Both the position numbers and the translations under genes were made by a program. From positions 1 to 43,548 of IMG/VR virus record IMGVR_UViG_3300034130_000030: DNA of 43,548 nucleotides; one strand, 5' to 3'. Source of the DNA: a virus (lineage: Duplodnaviria; Caudoviricetes). Below, one piece after another: positions 1-9,315 of this stretch (position 1 is the stretch's first letter; each line of letters starts with the position of its first letter). The notes under the pieces were generated by a model. It saw only the letters and a program-made list of their open reading frames with translations. It was not told where the DNA came from and ran no database searches.

Positions 1-83
1 CCACAAAAAAGCCCCGGGGGCACTTTTGGCACAATGTTTCTAAAAACCGGGGGTCAAAACTAGGCCGAAAGGAGTTGCAACTA

Positions 84-437
84 GTGGTAAACCGACGGTC
101 AACACCACCTAACAGTACCGTAAGTCGTCGTCCACCGGCCCCAACTCCCGAGGCAAGAGAGAACCAGCTAATTTCTGCGGCAGTTGACCGTGCAGAACAG
201 CAGATTCGAGACGGTACGGCCTCGGCTCAGGTCATTACACATTTTCTGAAGCTCGGTTCGTCTCGAGAACGCCTCGAACAAACTAGACTCGAGCATGAGA
301 ACGCACTTCTCATTGCAAAGAAGGAACAACTCGCTTCTGCAGCTCGAATCGAAGAGCTTTACAAGACTGCGTTGGATGCTATGCGGTCTTACGCCGGCTT
401 TGAAGCTGAGCAAGGCGACATTGACTACGACGACTAG
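84..437 (+). CDS. Conserved phage protein, possible terminase small subunit
   Basis: AAGGAG at 69-74, then GTG at 84 in frame with ORF 75..437. Helical/coiled-coil protein, first gene at the genome end next to an HNH gene. Function inferred from position only. Confidence 0.45.
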   Translation: MVNRRSTPPNSTVSRRPPAPTPEARENQLISAAVDRAEQQIRDGTASAQVITHFLKLGSSRERLEQTRLEHENALLIAKKEQLASAARIEELYKTALDAMRSYAGFEAEQGDIDYDD

Positions 438-837
438 GTCCTACTGGGAGCTAAGACGATATTCCACGTTGGAAGAGCGGTTTGATTACCTAGCTCTGCG
501 CGGAGTCGTTGGAAACGAGACCTTTGGCTTTGATCGTTGGATCAACCAAGCGTTCTATCGTTCAAAGCAGTGGAGAGACCTTCGGCATGAGATCATAGTT
601 CGAGACATGGGTTGTGATCTCGGTGTAGAGGGTTATGAGATCCACGAAAGAGCGATAATTCATCACATGAACCCGATGACTTCCGAAGCGATCGAAGAAG
701 GAGACGAGTCGATACTCGATCCTGCGTTCTTGATCACTACGACGCTTCGAACACACAACGCAATTCACTACGGAGACGCAAGCCTGCTCCCTCGCGCTCA
801 AATCGTTCGCACTGCAGGTGATACGAAACTGTGGTAG
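421..837 (+). CDS. HNH endonuclease (packaging-associated type)
   Basis: FYRSKQWRDLR..IIVRD.GC...IIHHMNP...HNAIH motif pattern. Start moved to TTG 421, overlapping the gene 1 stop. Confidence 0.8.
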   Translation: MTTTTRSYWELRRYSTLEERFDYLALRGVVGNETFGFDRWINQAFYRSKQWRDLRHEIIVRDMGCDLGVEGYEIHERAIIHHMNPMTSEAIEEGDESILDPAFLITTTLRTHNAIHYGDASLLPRAQIVRTAGDTKLW

Positions 838-852
838 CAGAAAGGAGACGAC

Positions 853-975
853 ATGGTTGACGAATTCCCGAATCAGACCCCGGTGGTCGATGGAATCGTT
901 CCGGTTGAGGATGTGCCGCAGGACGCGGTGCTTCTCGACGAGGACGCTGACCTGGATGAGGAGATGACTGACTGA
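853..975 (+). CDS. 40-aa highly acidic peptide (not in ORF track)
   Basis: AAAGGAG RBS, ATG 853, MVDEFPNQTPVVDGIVPVEDVPQDAVLLDEDADLDEEMTD. The stop overlaps the endolysin start (TGATG). Confidence 0.7.
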   Translation: MVDEFPNQTPVVDGIVPVEDVPQDAVLLDEDADLDEEMTD

Positions 976-1865
976 TGACCACCCAAGCACAAGCCATCAA
1001 GTCAGTTCTCGACCGAATCCGTGGCGCCATCGGAACTGGTGAGACGCCGAACGGGTCCAACCACAACTTCATCACTGAGTGGTACAACGCTCAGGTTGCC
1101 AAGATCGGTGACGGTCCTTGGTGCGAGATGACGAACACCTGGGGGATGTGGACCGGCGGAGCGAAGGCTCTCAAGGTCGGCCGAGCCTATACGGTCTACG
1201 CTGTCGAGGATGCTCAGAAGGGCGCCAACGGCAGTTCGTGGCACTGGGGTGTTTCTGGCATGAAGGCCGGCGACCAGGTCTACTACGACTGGTCGGGCAA
1301 GAAGATGTCAGCCGGCATCGTGGATCACACCGGAACCGTGGAGCAGATTCTCGGCGACGGGACGTTCTACGTCCTCGAGGGAAACACCACGGGCAATGTG
1401 CTGAAGCGTCAGCGTCGTGACAAGACCTTCGTGGTCGGCTACGCCCGATTCGACTGGGCCAAGCTCGTCACTGCCGATCCGCCTCCGCCGGTGACTCCCT
1501 CAAAGCCTTCGACCAAGCCGACTCCGAACCGCGATCTGACCAAGCACATTCAGGTTTCGCTCGAGGTGCCCTCGGATGGTCAGTGGGGCTCGACTACGGA
1601 CGCTCGAGCTCAGCTCATGCGAACCGCAGCGCAGGCTCACGCCGGTTACCCGAAGCGGATCGTCAAGAGCTTCAACATCAAGACCGCACAGAACGTGATC
1701 GACACGACTCCGGACGGTGTCTGGGGACCGCGTTCGCAGGCTTCGCTCTACCACTGGGTCAAGGAATTCCAGGGTGTGCTCGGGCAGACCAAGGACGGCC
1801 AGTGGGGCCCGAAGACCGACAACGCATATCTGGCGGCTCGTCAGAAGAATCTCAACAACTTCTAA
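975..1865 (+). CDS. Endolysin: CHAP/NlpC-P60-like peptidase plus peptidoglycan-binding repeats
   Basis: PWCEM (catalytic Cys), DHTGTV (His), VLEGNT, Pro-rich linker, three DGxWG repeats. Confidence 0.85.
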   Translation: MTTQAQAIKSVLDRIRGAIGTGETPNGSNHNFITEWYNAQVAKIGDGPWCEMTNTWGMWTGGAKALKVGRAYTVYAVEDAQKGANGSSWHWGVSGMKAGDQVYYDWSGKKMSAGIVDHTGTVEQILGDGTFYVLEGNTTGNVLKRQRRDKTFVVGYARFDWAKLVTADPPPPVTPSKPSTKPTPNRDLTKHIQVSLEVPSDGQWGSTTDARAQLMRTAAQAHAGYPKRIVKSFNIKTAQNVIDTTPDGVWGPRSQASLYHWVKEFQGVLGQTKDGQWGPKTDNAYLAARQKNLNNF

Positions 1866-1884
1866 GTCAAACGGGAGGTGAACC

Positions 1885-2280
1885 ATGACCGACAGCATCC
1901 TTGCTAGTACAAAGCATGTTCTGAACCTGGAAGAAGACTACACCCCGTTCGATCAAGACATCATCATGCACATCAACTCTGTGTTCTTCACTTTGAACCA
2001 GTTGGGAATCGGGCCAGTAGACGGATTCCGGATTGAGGACGGTGCTGCGGTTTGGTCCGACTTCACTGGTGACGACATTCGATACGACGCAGTCAAAACC
2101 TACATGTACTTGCGGGTTCGACTGCTCTTCGATCCTCCTCAGACGTCATATCTCATCCAGTCGTTCAAAGAACAGCTCGAACAGCTCGAGTGGCGACTGA
2201 ATGTGCATCGGGAGGACAAGATTCTGATCGCGGCGGCTGCAGCAGAAGCTGCACTGGAAGCTTCGGAGGAGTGCGTGTGA
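1885..2280 (+). CDS. Head-tail adaptor/connector-like protein
   Basis: GGGAGGTG RBS. SIL.STK..L...FDQDIIMHINS...L.QLG and RLLFDPP pattern recognised from siphophage connector-like proteins. Confidence 0.6.
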   Translation: MTDSILASTKHVLNLEEDYTPFDQDIIMHINSVFFTLNQLGIGPVDGFRIEDGAAVWSDFTGDDIRYDAVKTYMYLRVRLLFDPPQTSYLIQSFKEQLEQLEWRLNVHREDKILIAAAAAEAALEASEECV

Positions 2281-3878
2281 CTACACTCCCCACAGCGACA
2301 ATCAAGGGTAACCTAACTGCGGTTTCCTTGATGGGTACCGGTAGTACCTACACGGTGAACATGTCCGGAGGTACTACCGGTACTGCGTTGGCCACTGGTG
2401 ACTACGTGTTCCTGATGGTCGACTGTTCTGCCGGCGATTCGACCGCAATCACGCCAGCTCCGCCCACAGGTTTCACTCAGATCTTCCCGTGGGCTGCGAT
2501 GGGAACGTCCATCACTTCTTCAGTCGCTCTGTGGGTGAAGAAGCGGGAAAGTGGCGACAGCAACTACGTCATTTCTCAGACGAACACTGGACGAGCGAAC
2601 CAGTGCTACGTCAGAGCGTTCTGGATTGACGGCGCGAACATCGACGACATCGCCAACTGGGTGACTGGCACGGTTCAGTCTCGTGCGGCATCTGGCGGAA
2701 CGTTCAGCAGCATCGCGCCAAGCGTCACAACGGCACATGCAAACTCGATGGCTTTCGGTTTCGGATTCGAGCGGACTTCTGCTTCGGAGACGACATCGCA
2801 GTTGACAGTTTCAGGCACAGGTTGGACAAAGCAGTACGCCCAACTCGGCCACGACGTCACATTCGCAACCATCACCATCGCCAGCAAGGCCATGGCAACC
2901 GCCGGCGCCACAGGTGCAGTCACATTCACCAACGTGAACACCCAGGCAACAAACGGTATGGCTTTCCAGCTCATCATTCCTCCGACTCCGGATGCTCCTC
3001 CGCCGGCTGTTGCGGGAAAGATCTGGGATGGCACCAGTTTGATCGATGGACACTGGTACCTCGCGGGCGCGGGAGACACGATCGACGGAACTACTTGGGC
3101 CGGAATGATGTGGCCTGGGTACGAGTCCATCAGCGCGATGCTTGCCGAAGATTTCTTCTGGTGTGGGCATCGTGGAGGCTCTGCAAACTATCCTGAGATG
3201 AGCATGCAGGGATACACCCAGGCAGTTCTTCGAGGGTATGGGGCGCTTGAGGTCAGCCTCGCGCGCTCGAGCGATGGCGTGTGGTTCGGTCTTCATGATG
3301 CAAGTCTTGATCGAACTTCTCTCGGAACTGGCGGAGGAACGGGAACCACTTACGTTGCTTCGTCGATGACGTGGGCTACGATCCAGACTCATGACGCATT
3401 GCCCGGCGTCGGTGCTCCAGTGAATTCACTTCATCAGCCGTACATGGCGCTGGACGACATTCTTGATGCTTACATGGACAGTCACGTTCTGTTCATCGAT
3501 CCGAAATCAGCAACATCTCATCGCACCGAACTCATCGGCATCCTGAAGAATCGTCCAAACTGGGCTGAGAAGATTGTTGCTAAAGCTGTTCCCGGCAACA
3601 GCAACAACTCTTTCCTCTCCGATGCTCGTGCAGCTGGATTCGTGACCAATGCCATGTTCTATGACACGGACACGTTCTCTAGCTACCAGGCACAGGCCGA
3701 TATTCTGGGTATGGAATACGGCGCAACAGCTCCGCACTGGACCGCGATAAAAGCATACGGGAAACCCGTCATGTGTCACGTGATTCCGAACTCCACTGCA
3801 CTAGCCACAGGGGTTGGTAAGGGTGCCGACGGCGCAATCGTCAGCGGCATCGTCCAACTTCCCCAAATCACTTTGTAG
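2277..3878 (+). CDS. Virion-type protein with C-terminal glycerophosphodiester phosphodiesterase (GDPD) domain
   Basis: Thr/Ser/Gly-rich beta N-terminus and Pro linker, then GHRGG...PEMS, ALEVS..RSSDGVW...HDASLDRT (GDPD signature). GGAGGAG RBS with GTG at 2277. Confidence 0.8.
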   Translation: MTTLPTATIKGNLTAVSLMGTGSTYTVNMSGGTTGTALATGDYVFLMVDCSAGDSTAITPAPPTGFTQIFPWAAMGTSITSSVALWVKKRESGDSNYVISQTNTGRANQCYVRAFWIDGANIDDIANWVTGTVQSRAASGGTFSSIAPSVTTAHANSMAFGFGFERTSASETTSQLTVSGTGWTKQYAQLGHDVTFATITIASKAMATAGATGAVTFTNVNTQATNGMAFQLIIPPTPDAPPPAVAGKIWDGTSLIDGHWYLAGAGDTIDGTTWAGMMWPGYESISAMLAEDFFWCGHRGGSANYPEMSMQGYTQAVLRGYGALEVSLARSSDGVWFGLHDASLDRTSLGTGGGTGTTYVASSMTWATIQTHDALPGVGAPVNSLHQPYMALDDILDAYMDSHVLFIDPKSATSHRTELIGILKNRPNWAEKIVAKAVPGNSNNSFLSDARAAGFVTNAMFYDTDTFSSYQAQADILGMEYGATAPHWTAIKAYGKPVMCHVIPNSTALATGVGKGADGAIVSGIVQLPQITL

Positions 3879-3890
3879 GAAGGAGGATAA

Positions 3891-4736
3891 ATGACGACGG
3901 TCGACGACATCCTTGCGCACCATGGCGTTAAAGGTCAGAAGTGGGGCGTTCGACGTGCTGCTGCGAAAGTTGCCAAAGGCGATGCCAAGTTTGCCAAGAA
4001 CGCCGGCTCAAACGCGGTAACGTTCAAGATCTACAACGCCATGGCCAATCAAATGAACCACACCGAACTTCCGCGAATCAACAGCAAGCCCCAGTATCAA
4101 GACATGACGGGGAAGCCGGCGGTTCAGAAGAAATACGACGCAGAAGTTCAAAAATCGTTCATCGCAGCACTGGACAAAGGCGCGCAGGGTCTCGGAACCA
4201 ATGCGTCAGGCACCAAACGCTACGGAGTCGTCGAAACTGACGGTGGCGGATGGGACGTTGTTCTGCACGACGTGCAGCATGCAGCCGATGTTCTGACTCA
4301 TGTGAATCTGACTCGGAACAACAAGGGCCACATCATCGCCATGAAATTGGTTGCTCCACTCGAGCATTCCGCAGATCTCGTCTCCGACTTCTTGGAGCAT
4401 CACGGAGTCAAGGGTCAGAAGTGGGGCGTTCGACGTAAGTTGTCTGAGCTTCGGACAGGTTCGAACAAGCCCCCTGCTCACGTGGACGCCGTGCTTGCCA
4501 AGGCGCACAAGCAGACGGTCAAGAAAGGATCGACCGACGCTCTGTCGACGAAGGAACTTCAGGCTCTGGTGACTCGAATGAACCTCGAGAAGCAGTTCAA
4601 GAGTCTGAAGCCTGCCACGCCGGCGGAGCAGATCAAGAAACAGATCGAGAAGACTCTGGTCGATGCAGGAAAGCAGCATCTGTCCGAGATCATCACGAAA
4701 GAGGCATCAAAGCAAATCGCAGGGTTGTTCAAGTAG
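3891..4736 (+). CDS. Protein with two HHGVKGQKWGVRR modules (phage DUF7211-like motif)
   Basis: L(A/E)HHGVKGQKWGVRR occurs twice. AGGAGG RBS. Confidence 0.75.
   Translation: MTTVDDILAHHGVKGQKWGVRRAAAKVAKGDAKFAKNAGSNAVTFKIYNAMANQMNHTELPRINSKPQYQDMTGKPAVQKKYDAEVQKSFIAALDKGAQGLGTNASGTKRYGVVETDGGGWDVVLHDVQHAADVLTHVNLTRNNKGHIIAMKLVAPLEHSADLVSDFLEHHGVKGQKWGVRRKLSELRTGSNKPPAHVDAVLAKAHKQTVKKGSTDALSTKELQALVTRMNLEKQFKSLKPATPAEQIKKQIEKTLVDAGKQHLSEIITKEASKQIAGLFK
3933..4436 (+). repeat. 24-bp exact direct repeat encoding the GQKWGVRR motif
   Basis: ggtcagaagtggggcgttcgacgt at 3933-3956 and 4413-4436. Confidence 0.9.
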
Positions 4737-4751
4737 AAGGGAGGGTTGGCG

Positions 4752-6497
4752 ATGGCGCTATCGAACAAAGCAGTACCAAAATACTACGGTGAATTCCGTG
4801 ATCAGGTTCTGCGGGGAGAGATCCCTGTGAATCGAGAGATCGCCATGGAGATGAACCGTATCGATTCGCTCATCGCCAACCCTCACATCTATTACGACGA
4901 CCTCGTAGTCGAAGGCTTCATTCAATACTGCGAGAAAGAGCTAACACTCACTGATGGTGGAGATCTTCATCTGCTTCCGTCCTTCAAAGTCTGGGCGGAA
5001 CAGATCTTCGGTTGGTACTACTTTGTGGATCGAAGTGTTTACGTGCCCGCGTCGAACAATCGCGGTGGCGGTTACGTAAAGAAGACAATCAAGAAGAGAC
5101 TTACGACAAAGCAGTACTTGATCGTGGCCCGTGGGGCAGCGAAGTCAATGTACGCATCGTGCATCCAGAGCTACTTCTTGAATGTAGACACTCAGACCAC
5201 CCACCAGATCACGACAGCTCCAACAATGAAGCAGGCGGACGAGGTAATGTCTCCGATCCGCACTGCTATCACCAGGAGCCGAGGTCCTCTGTTTGAATTC
5301 TTGACAGAGGGCTCGATGCAGAATACAACAGGGTCAAAAGCCAATCGGGTCAAGCTGGCTTCGACTAAAAAGGGAATTGAGAACTTCCTAACGGGATCAA
5401 TTGTCGAAGTTCGCCCGATGGCAATCAATAAGCTGCAAGGGCTAAGACCAAAGATCTCAACTATCGATGAATGGCTTTCCGGCGACGTTCGCGAGGACAT
5501 TGTCGGCGCCGTTGAGCAAGGTGCGTCGAAGTTGGACGACTTCTTGATCATCGCCATCAGTTCCGAAGGAACGGTCCGGAACGGTTCAGGCGATACGATC
5601 AAAATGGAGCTTGCTCAGATCTTACGTGGGGAGTATCTCGCTCCTCACATTTCTGTTTGGCACTACAAGCTGGACGAAGTTGAAGAAGTAGCCGATCCAG
5701 CTATGTGGGTGAAGGCAAATCCGAACCTCGGCAAGACTGTTACGTACGATACGTATCAGTTGGACGTCGAACGAGCTGAGAAAGCACCTGCTTCCCGAAA
5801 TGACATCCTCGCGAAACGATTCGGCCTTCCAATGGAGGGCTACACGTACTTCTTCACGTACGAAGAGACGCTTCCTCACCGTGCTCGTGTGTTCTGGAGC
5901 TTGCCTTGCTCTATGGGTGCCGACCTTTCGCAGGGAGACGACTTCTGCGCGTTCACATTCCTCTTCCCTCTTGGTAACGGATCCTTCGGAGTAAAAACCC
6001 GGAGTTACATTACTTCTCTGACGCTGATGAAGCTCCCAGGAGCTATGCGTCAGAAGTATGAGGAGTTCATCAAAGAGGGAAGCCTCGTTGTGCTCGAGGG
6101 AACCATCCTCGACATGATGGAGGTATACGAAGATCTCGATCACTTCATTCTTGAGAATGAATACGACGTTCGCTGCTTCGGCTTCGACCCGTACAACGCG
6201 AAAGAGTTCGTAGCTCGTTGGCAAGCTGAGAATGGAGACTTCGGAATCGAGAAAGTGATTCAGGGAGCTCGAACTGAGTCTGTTCCTCTCGGTGAACTGA
6301 AGAATCTGAGTGAATCTCGACTGCTGATCTTCGATCAGGCATTGATGACTTTCGCTATGGGGAACGCCATCACGGTTGAGGATACAAACGGCAACCGAAA
6401 GCTCTTGAAGAAACGTCAAGAGGACAAGATCGACAACGTGTCAGCAATGATGGACGCGTTCGTGGCATACAAACTCAATAAAGAGGCCTTTGAGTAG
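4752..6497 (+). CDS. terL: Terminase large subunit
   Basis: Walker A ARGAAKS, Walker B TIDEW, ISS coupling motif, nuclease motifs GADLS, FDPYNA and KIDNVSAMMDA. Confidence 0.95.
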   Translation: MALSNKAVPKYYGEFRDQVLRGEIPVNREIAMEMNRIDSLIANPHIYYDDLVVEGFIQYCEKELTLTDGGDLHLLPSFKVWAEQIFGWYYFVDRSVYVPASNNRGGGYVKKTIKKRLTTKQYLIVARGAAKSMYASCIQSYFLNVDTQTTHQITTAPTMKQADEVMSPIRTAITRSRGPLFEFLTEGSMQNTTGSKANRVKLASTKKGIENFLTGSIVEVRPMAINKLQGLRPKISTIDEWLSGDVREDIVGAVEQGASKLDDFLIIAISSEGTVRNGSGDTIKMELAQILRGEYLAPHISVWHYKLDEVEEVADPAMWVKANPNLGKTVTYDTYQLDVERAEKAPASRNDILAKRFGLPMEGYTYFFTYEETLPHRARVFWSLPCSMGADLSQGDDFCAFTFLFPLGNGSFGVKTRSYITSLTLMKLPGAMRQKYEEFIKEGSLVVLEGTILDMMEVYEDLDHFILENEYDVRCFGFDPYNAKEFVARWQAENGDFGIEKVIQGARTESVPLGELKNLSESRLLIFDQALMTFAMGNAITVEDTNGNRKLLKKRQEDKIDNVSAMMDAFVAYKLNKEAFE

Positions 6498-6512
6498 GAG
6501 GAAGGAGAGTCA

Positions 6513-7484
6513 ATGGCACTGCCCGAAGGTTTTAACGGCGTAGCTGTAACCGCGTCGATGCTTATTGGTCCTGATGGTACTCCGCTCAATGGCCACATTG
6601 ATTTCACTCCGATTCCGCCAAGATTGACGTCGTCTTTGGGTAACGTCATATCTGCCGGCGCATCGAGAATGACCATCACCAATGGCGTGGGCAGCATCAC
6701 GGTTCTGGCTACCGATGACCCTGATATTGTCCCAACCGGCTGGTCATATCGAGTCTCAGAGCGTCTAGTCGGTGCTAGGGATCGGGATTACTTCATCCAA
6801 TTGCCGTCAGCTAGCCCGACGGTCTACTTGGCTGACATCGCGCCGACTTCACCTGCCGGCGGAACATATCCAGGAGGTGGAGATGGAGCACCAGGAGACA
6901 AAGGTCCACCCGGCGATAAAGGAGCACCTGGGGATAAGGGACCTCCCGGAGATAAAGGCGCCCCAGGCGACAAAGGTCCTCCGGGAGATGATGGCGACCC
7001 TGGCTCAGCAGGTGCGCCAGGTGACAAAGGTCCTCCTGGAGATAAGGGAGATCCTGGCGACCAAGGTGATCCAGGTCCTGACGGAAATCCAGGTGCGGAT
7101 GGCAACCCGGGCCCTGACGGTAATCCTGGAGCCGATGGAGCTCCGGCTGCAGCACGTAGAACGCCGAGGACTTACTCGACTGCATCTGCTGGAACTCTCA
7201 CGCCAGAGATTGACACCTACGATCTCCTCACCCTTACCGCCCTTGCCGTTGATCTGACGATCGCCAACCCTTCAACGTCTGTTCCGACAGACGGAGAGTT
7301 GATGAAGATCAGGATTCTCGACAACGCAACTCCTCGAGCTCTGACGTTCGGAACGGCTTACGTCGCACGCGCGGGAATTCCTTTGCCGACCACCACAGTG
7401 GCTAGCAAGCTTCTCGAGATCGCTGTCGAATACAATTCTGCCCTAGCAAAGTGGAATTTGATCGCGATCGCTCAGGAGGCGTAA
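6513..7484 (+). CDS. Collagen-like fibre protein
   Basis: About 30 G-X-Y triplets ([12 protein letters not shown]) between a beta-sandwich N-terminus and a C-terminal domain. Confidence 0.8.
   Translation: MALPEGFNGVAVTASMLIGPDGTPLNGHIDFTPIPPRLTSSLGNVISAGASRMTITNGVGSITVLATDDPDIVPTGWSYRVSERLVGARDRDYFIQLPSASPTVYLADIAPTSPAGGTYPGGGDGAPGDKGPPGDKGAPGDKGPPGDKGAPGDKGPPGDDGDPGSAGAPGDKGPPGDKGDPGDQGDPGPDGNPGADGNPGPDGNPGADGAPAAARRTPRTYSTASAGTLTPEIDTYDLLTLTALAVDLTIANPSTSVPTDGELMKIRILDNATPRALTFGTAYVARAGIPLPTTTVASKLLEIAVEYNSALAKWNLIAIAQEA
6884..7145 (+). repeat. Collagen-coding 9/18-bp periodic repeats
   Basis: Repeated ggN-gaY-aaR-ggN-(c/g)cN-ccN units. Confidence 0.85.
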
Positions 7485-8023
7485 TGCCTGAGCAGAACAT
7501 ATTCACGACTGAACTCCCAGCGATTTCTGATCAACAGGACAGCACATACACGCTAGGGACATTGTTTAGTTCCGATGTTGATGGATACATTCTAGGTGTT
7601 CGTGTATATGTGACTGGGATTCCGTCGACAGGTCCTTTTGGAGCACTATACGAATGGACCAGTAACGACACCGGAGACTATCTAAATAGTCGAGAATTCG
7701 AAGATCTGGAACTCGGATGGAATGAAGTTCGATTCGTAGATCCGGTTCCGATCACAGCGGGGACGACCTACGTTACTGCATGGGGCCCAACGAATAATTA
7801 CTGCGCAACCAGTAATTTCTTCGCTTCAGCGCCGACCGTGAATGGTCACCTCACAGCTCCGAAAACAGAATCGTCGGCTTTGAACGGGAAATTCCACGTT
7901 GGGGGTTCACTAACATACCCCGACGAGTCGTTCAATGATGGATGTTACTTCATTGACACCATATTCGTCGAAAGTCTCGACGAAACCCCGTCATACACCA
8001 AAAACAGCTTCTTCTTTGGCTGA
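7484..8023 (+). CDS. DUF4082-like beta-sandwich protein (likely virion decoration)
   Basis: YTLGTLFSSDVDGYILGVR...GWNEVRF..PVPITAGTTYV...YFID pattern. ATG overlaps the upstream stop. Confidence 0.65.
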   Translation: MPEQNIFTTELPAISDQQDSTYTLGTLFSSDVDGYILGVRVYVTGIPSTGPFGALYEWTSNDTGDYLNSREFEDLELGWNEVRFVDPVPITAGTTYVTAWGPTNNYCATSNFFASAPTVNGHLTAPKTESSALNGKFHVGGSLTYPDESFNDGCYFIDTIFVESLDETPSYTKNSFFFG

Positions 8024-8055
8024 CAAACATTCAAACGATTGAAGGGAGGTGACTA

Positions 8056-9315
8056 GTGGCACGAATTGGCGACAGACTGAAGCATGCGTGGAACGCCTTC
8101 GTTAACGAGGACGTCAAAAGCCGTATCCATTCTTTTGCTGAAATGGGTCCCGCCTATGGCTCACGCCCAGACCGTGTCAGGCTTCGGGTCTCGAATGAGC
8201 GCTCAATCATCGCCTCCATCTACAATCGTATTGCCATTGACGTTGCTGCGATTCGGTACCGACACGTTCGTCTAGATGACGATGAGCAATTCGTAGAAGA
8301 GATTGCTAGCGGGTTGACCAACTGTCTGTCGGTCGAAGCCAACATCGATCAGGCCGCTCGGGCTTTCCGGCAGGACATCGTGATGACCATGTTCGACAAG
8401 GGCGTCATAGCAATCGTCCCTGTCGACACAACCATCAATCCGGCAACATCGGGCAGCTTCGACATCAAGACCCTGCGAATTGGCGAGATCGTAGCTTGGT
8501 ACCCAACCAGAATTCGGGTCTTGCTGTTCAACGAAGCCCTCGGTCGGAAAGAAGAAGTCACACTCGACAAGAAGTTCGTTGCGATCGTAGAGAATCCTCT
8601 CTACACGGTCATCAATGAACCGAACTCGACGATGCAGAGGCTTCTCAGGAAGCTCAACCTGTTGGATGCCGTAGATGAAGCATCTAGTTCGGGAAAACTC
8701 GATCTGATCATTCAGCTTCCTTACGTCATCAAGTCCGAAGCCCGAAAACTACAGGCGGAACAACGGCGTAAGGACATCGAGTTCCAGCTCAAGGGCAGTC
8801 AGTATGGCATCGCCTATACTGATGGAACCGAGAAGATCACTCAGCTGAACCGGCCGGCCGAGAACAACCTCATGAGTCAGATCGAATACCTCATCAAGAT
8901 GCTTTATGGGCAGCTTGGTCTGACTGAAGAGGTCATGAACGGCACGGCCGACGAGAAGACCATGATCAACTACTACAACCGTACAATCGAGCCAATCCTC
9001 GGTGCAGTTGCAGAAGCCATGGCCCGAACCTTCTTGACAAAGACTGCTCGTGCTCAGGGACAGTCCGTTGCCTACTTCCGAGACCCGTTCAAGCTTGTTC
9101 CGATTGCCGATCTGGCTGAGATCACTGACAAGTTCACTCGGAACGAAGTCCTTTCGGCGAATGACATTCGGTCTGCGATCGGAATCAAGCCGTCGAAGGA
9201 TCCGAAGGCTAATGAGCTCAAGAATAGCAACATGCCAGACCCAACACAGCCGGCTCCGTCGGGGCCAGCAGATCCACAACCAGTAACGGAAGGAGACAGT
9301 CAAAATGGGACCTGA
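8056..9315 (+). CDS. Portal protein
   Basis: 419 aa, between terminase and capsid genes, with HK97-like portal features (IYNRIAIDVA...NEVLSANDIR). GGGAGGTG RBS. Confidence 0.9.
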   Translation: MARIGDRLKHAWNAFVNEDVKSRIHSFAEMGPAYGSRPDRVRLRVSNERSIIASIYNRIAIDVAAIRYRHVRLDDDEQFVEEIASGLTNCLSVEANIDQAARAFRQDIVMTMFDKGVIAIVPVDTTINPATSGSFDIKTLRIGEIVAWYPTRIRVLLFNEALGRKEEVTLDKKFVAIVENPLYTVINEPNSTMQRLLRKLNLLDAVDEASSSGKLDLIIQLPYVIKSEARKLQAEQRRKDIEFQLKGSQYGIAYTDGTEKITQLNRPAENNLMSQIEYLIKMLYGQLGLTEEVMNGTADEKTMINYYNRTIEPILGAVAEAMARTFLTKTARAQGQSVAYFRDPFKLVPIADLAEITDKFTRNEVLSANDIRSAIGIKPSKDPKANELKNSNMPDPTQPAPSGPADPQPVTEGDSQNGT

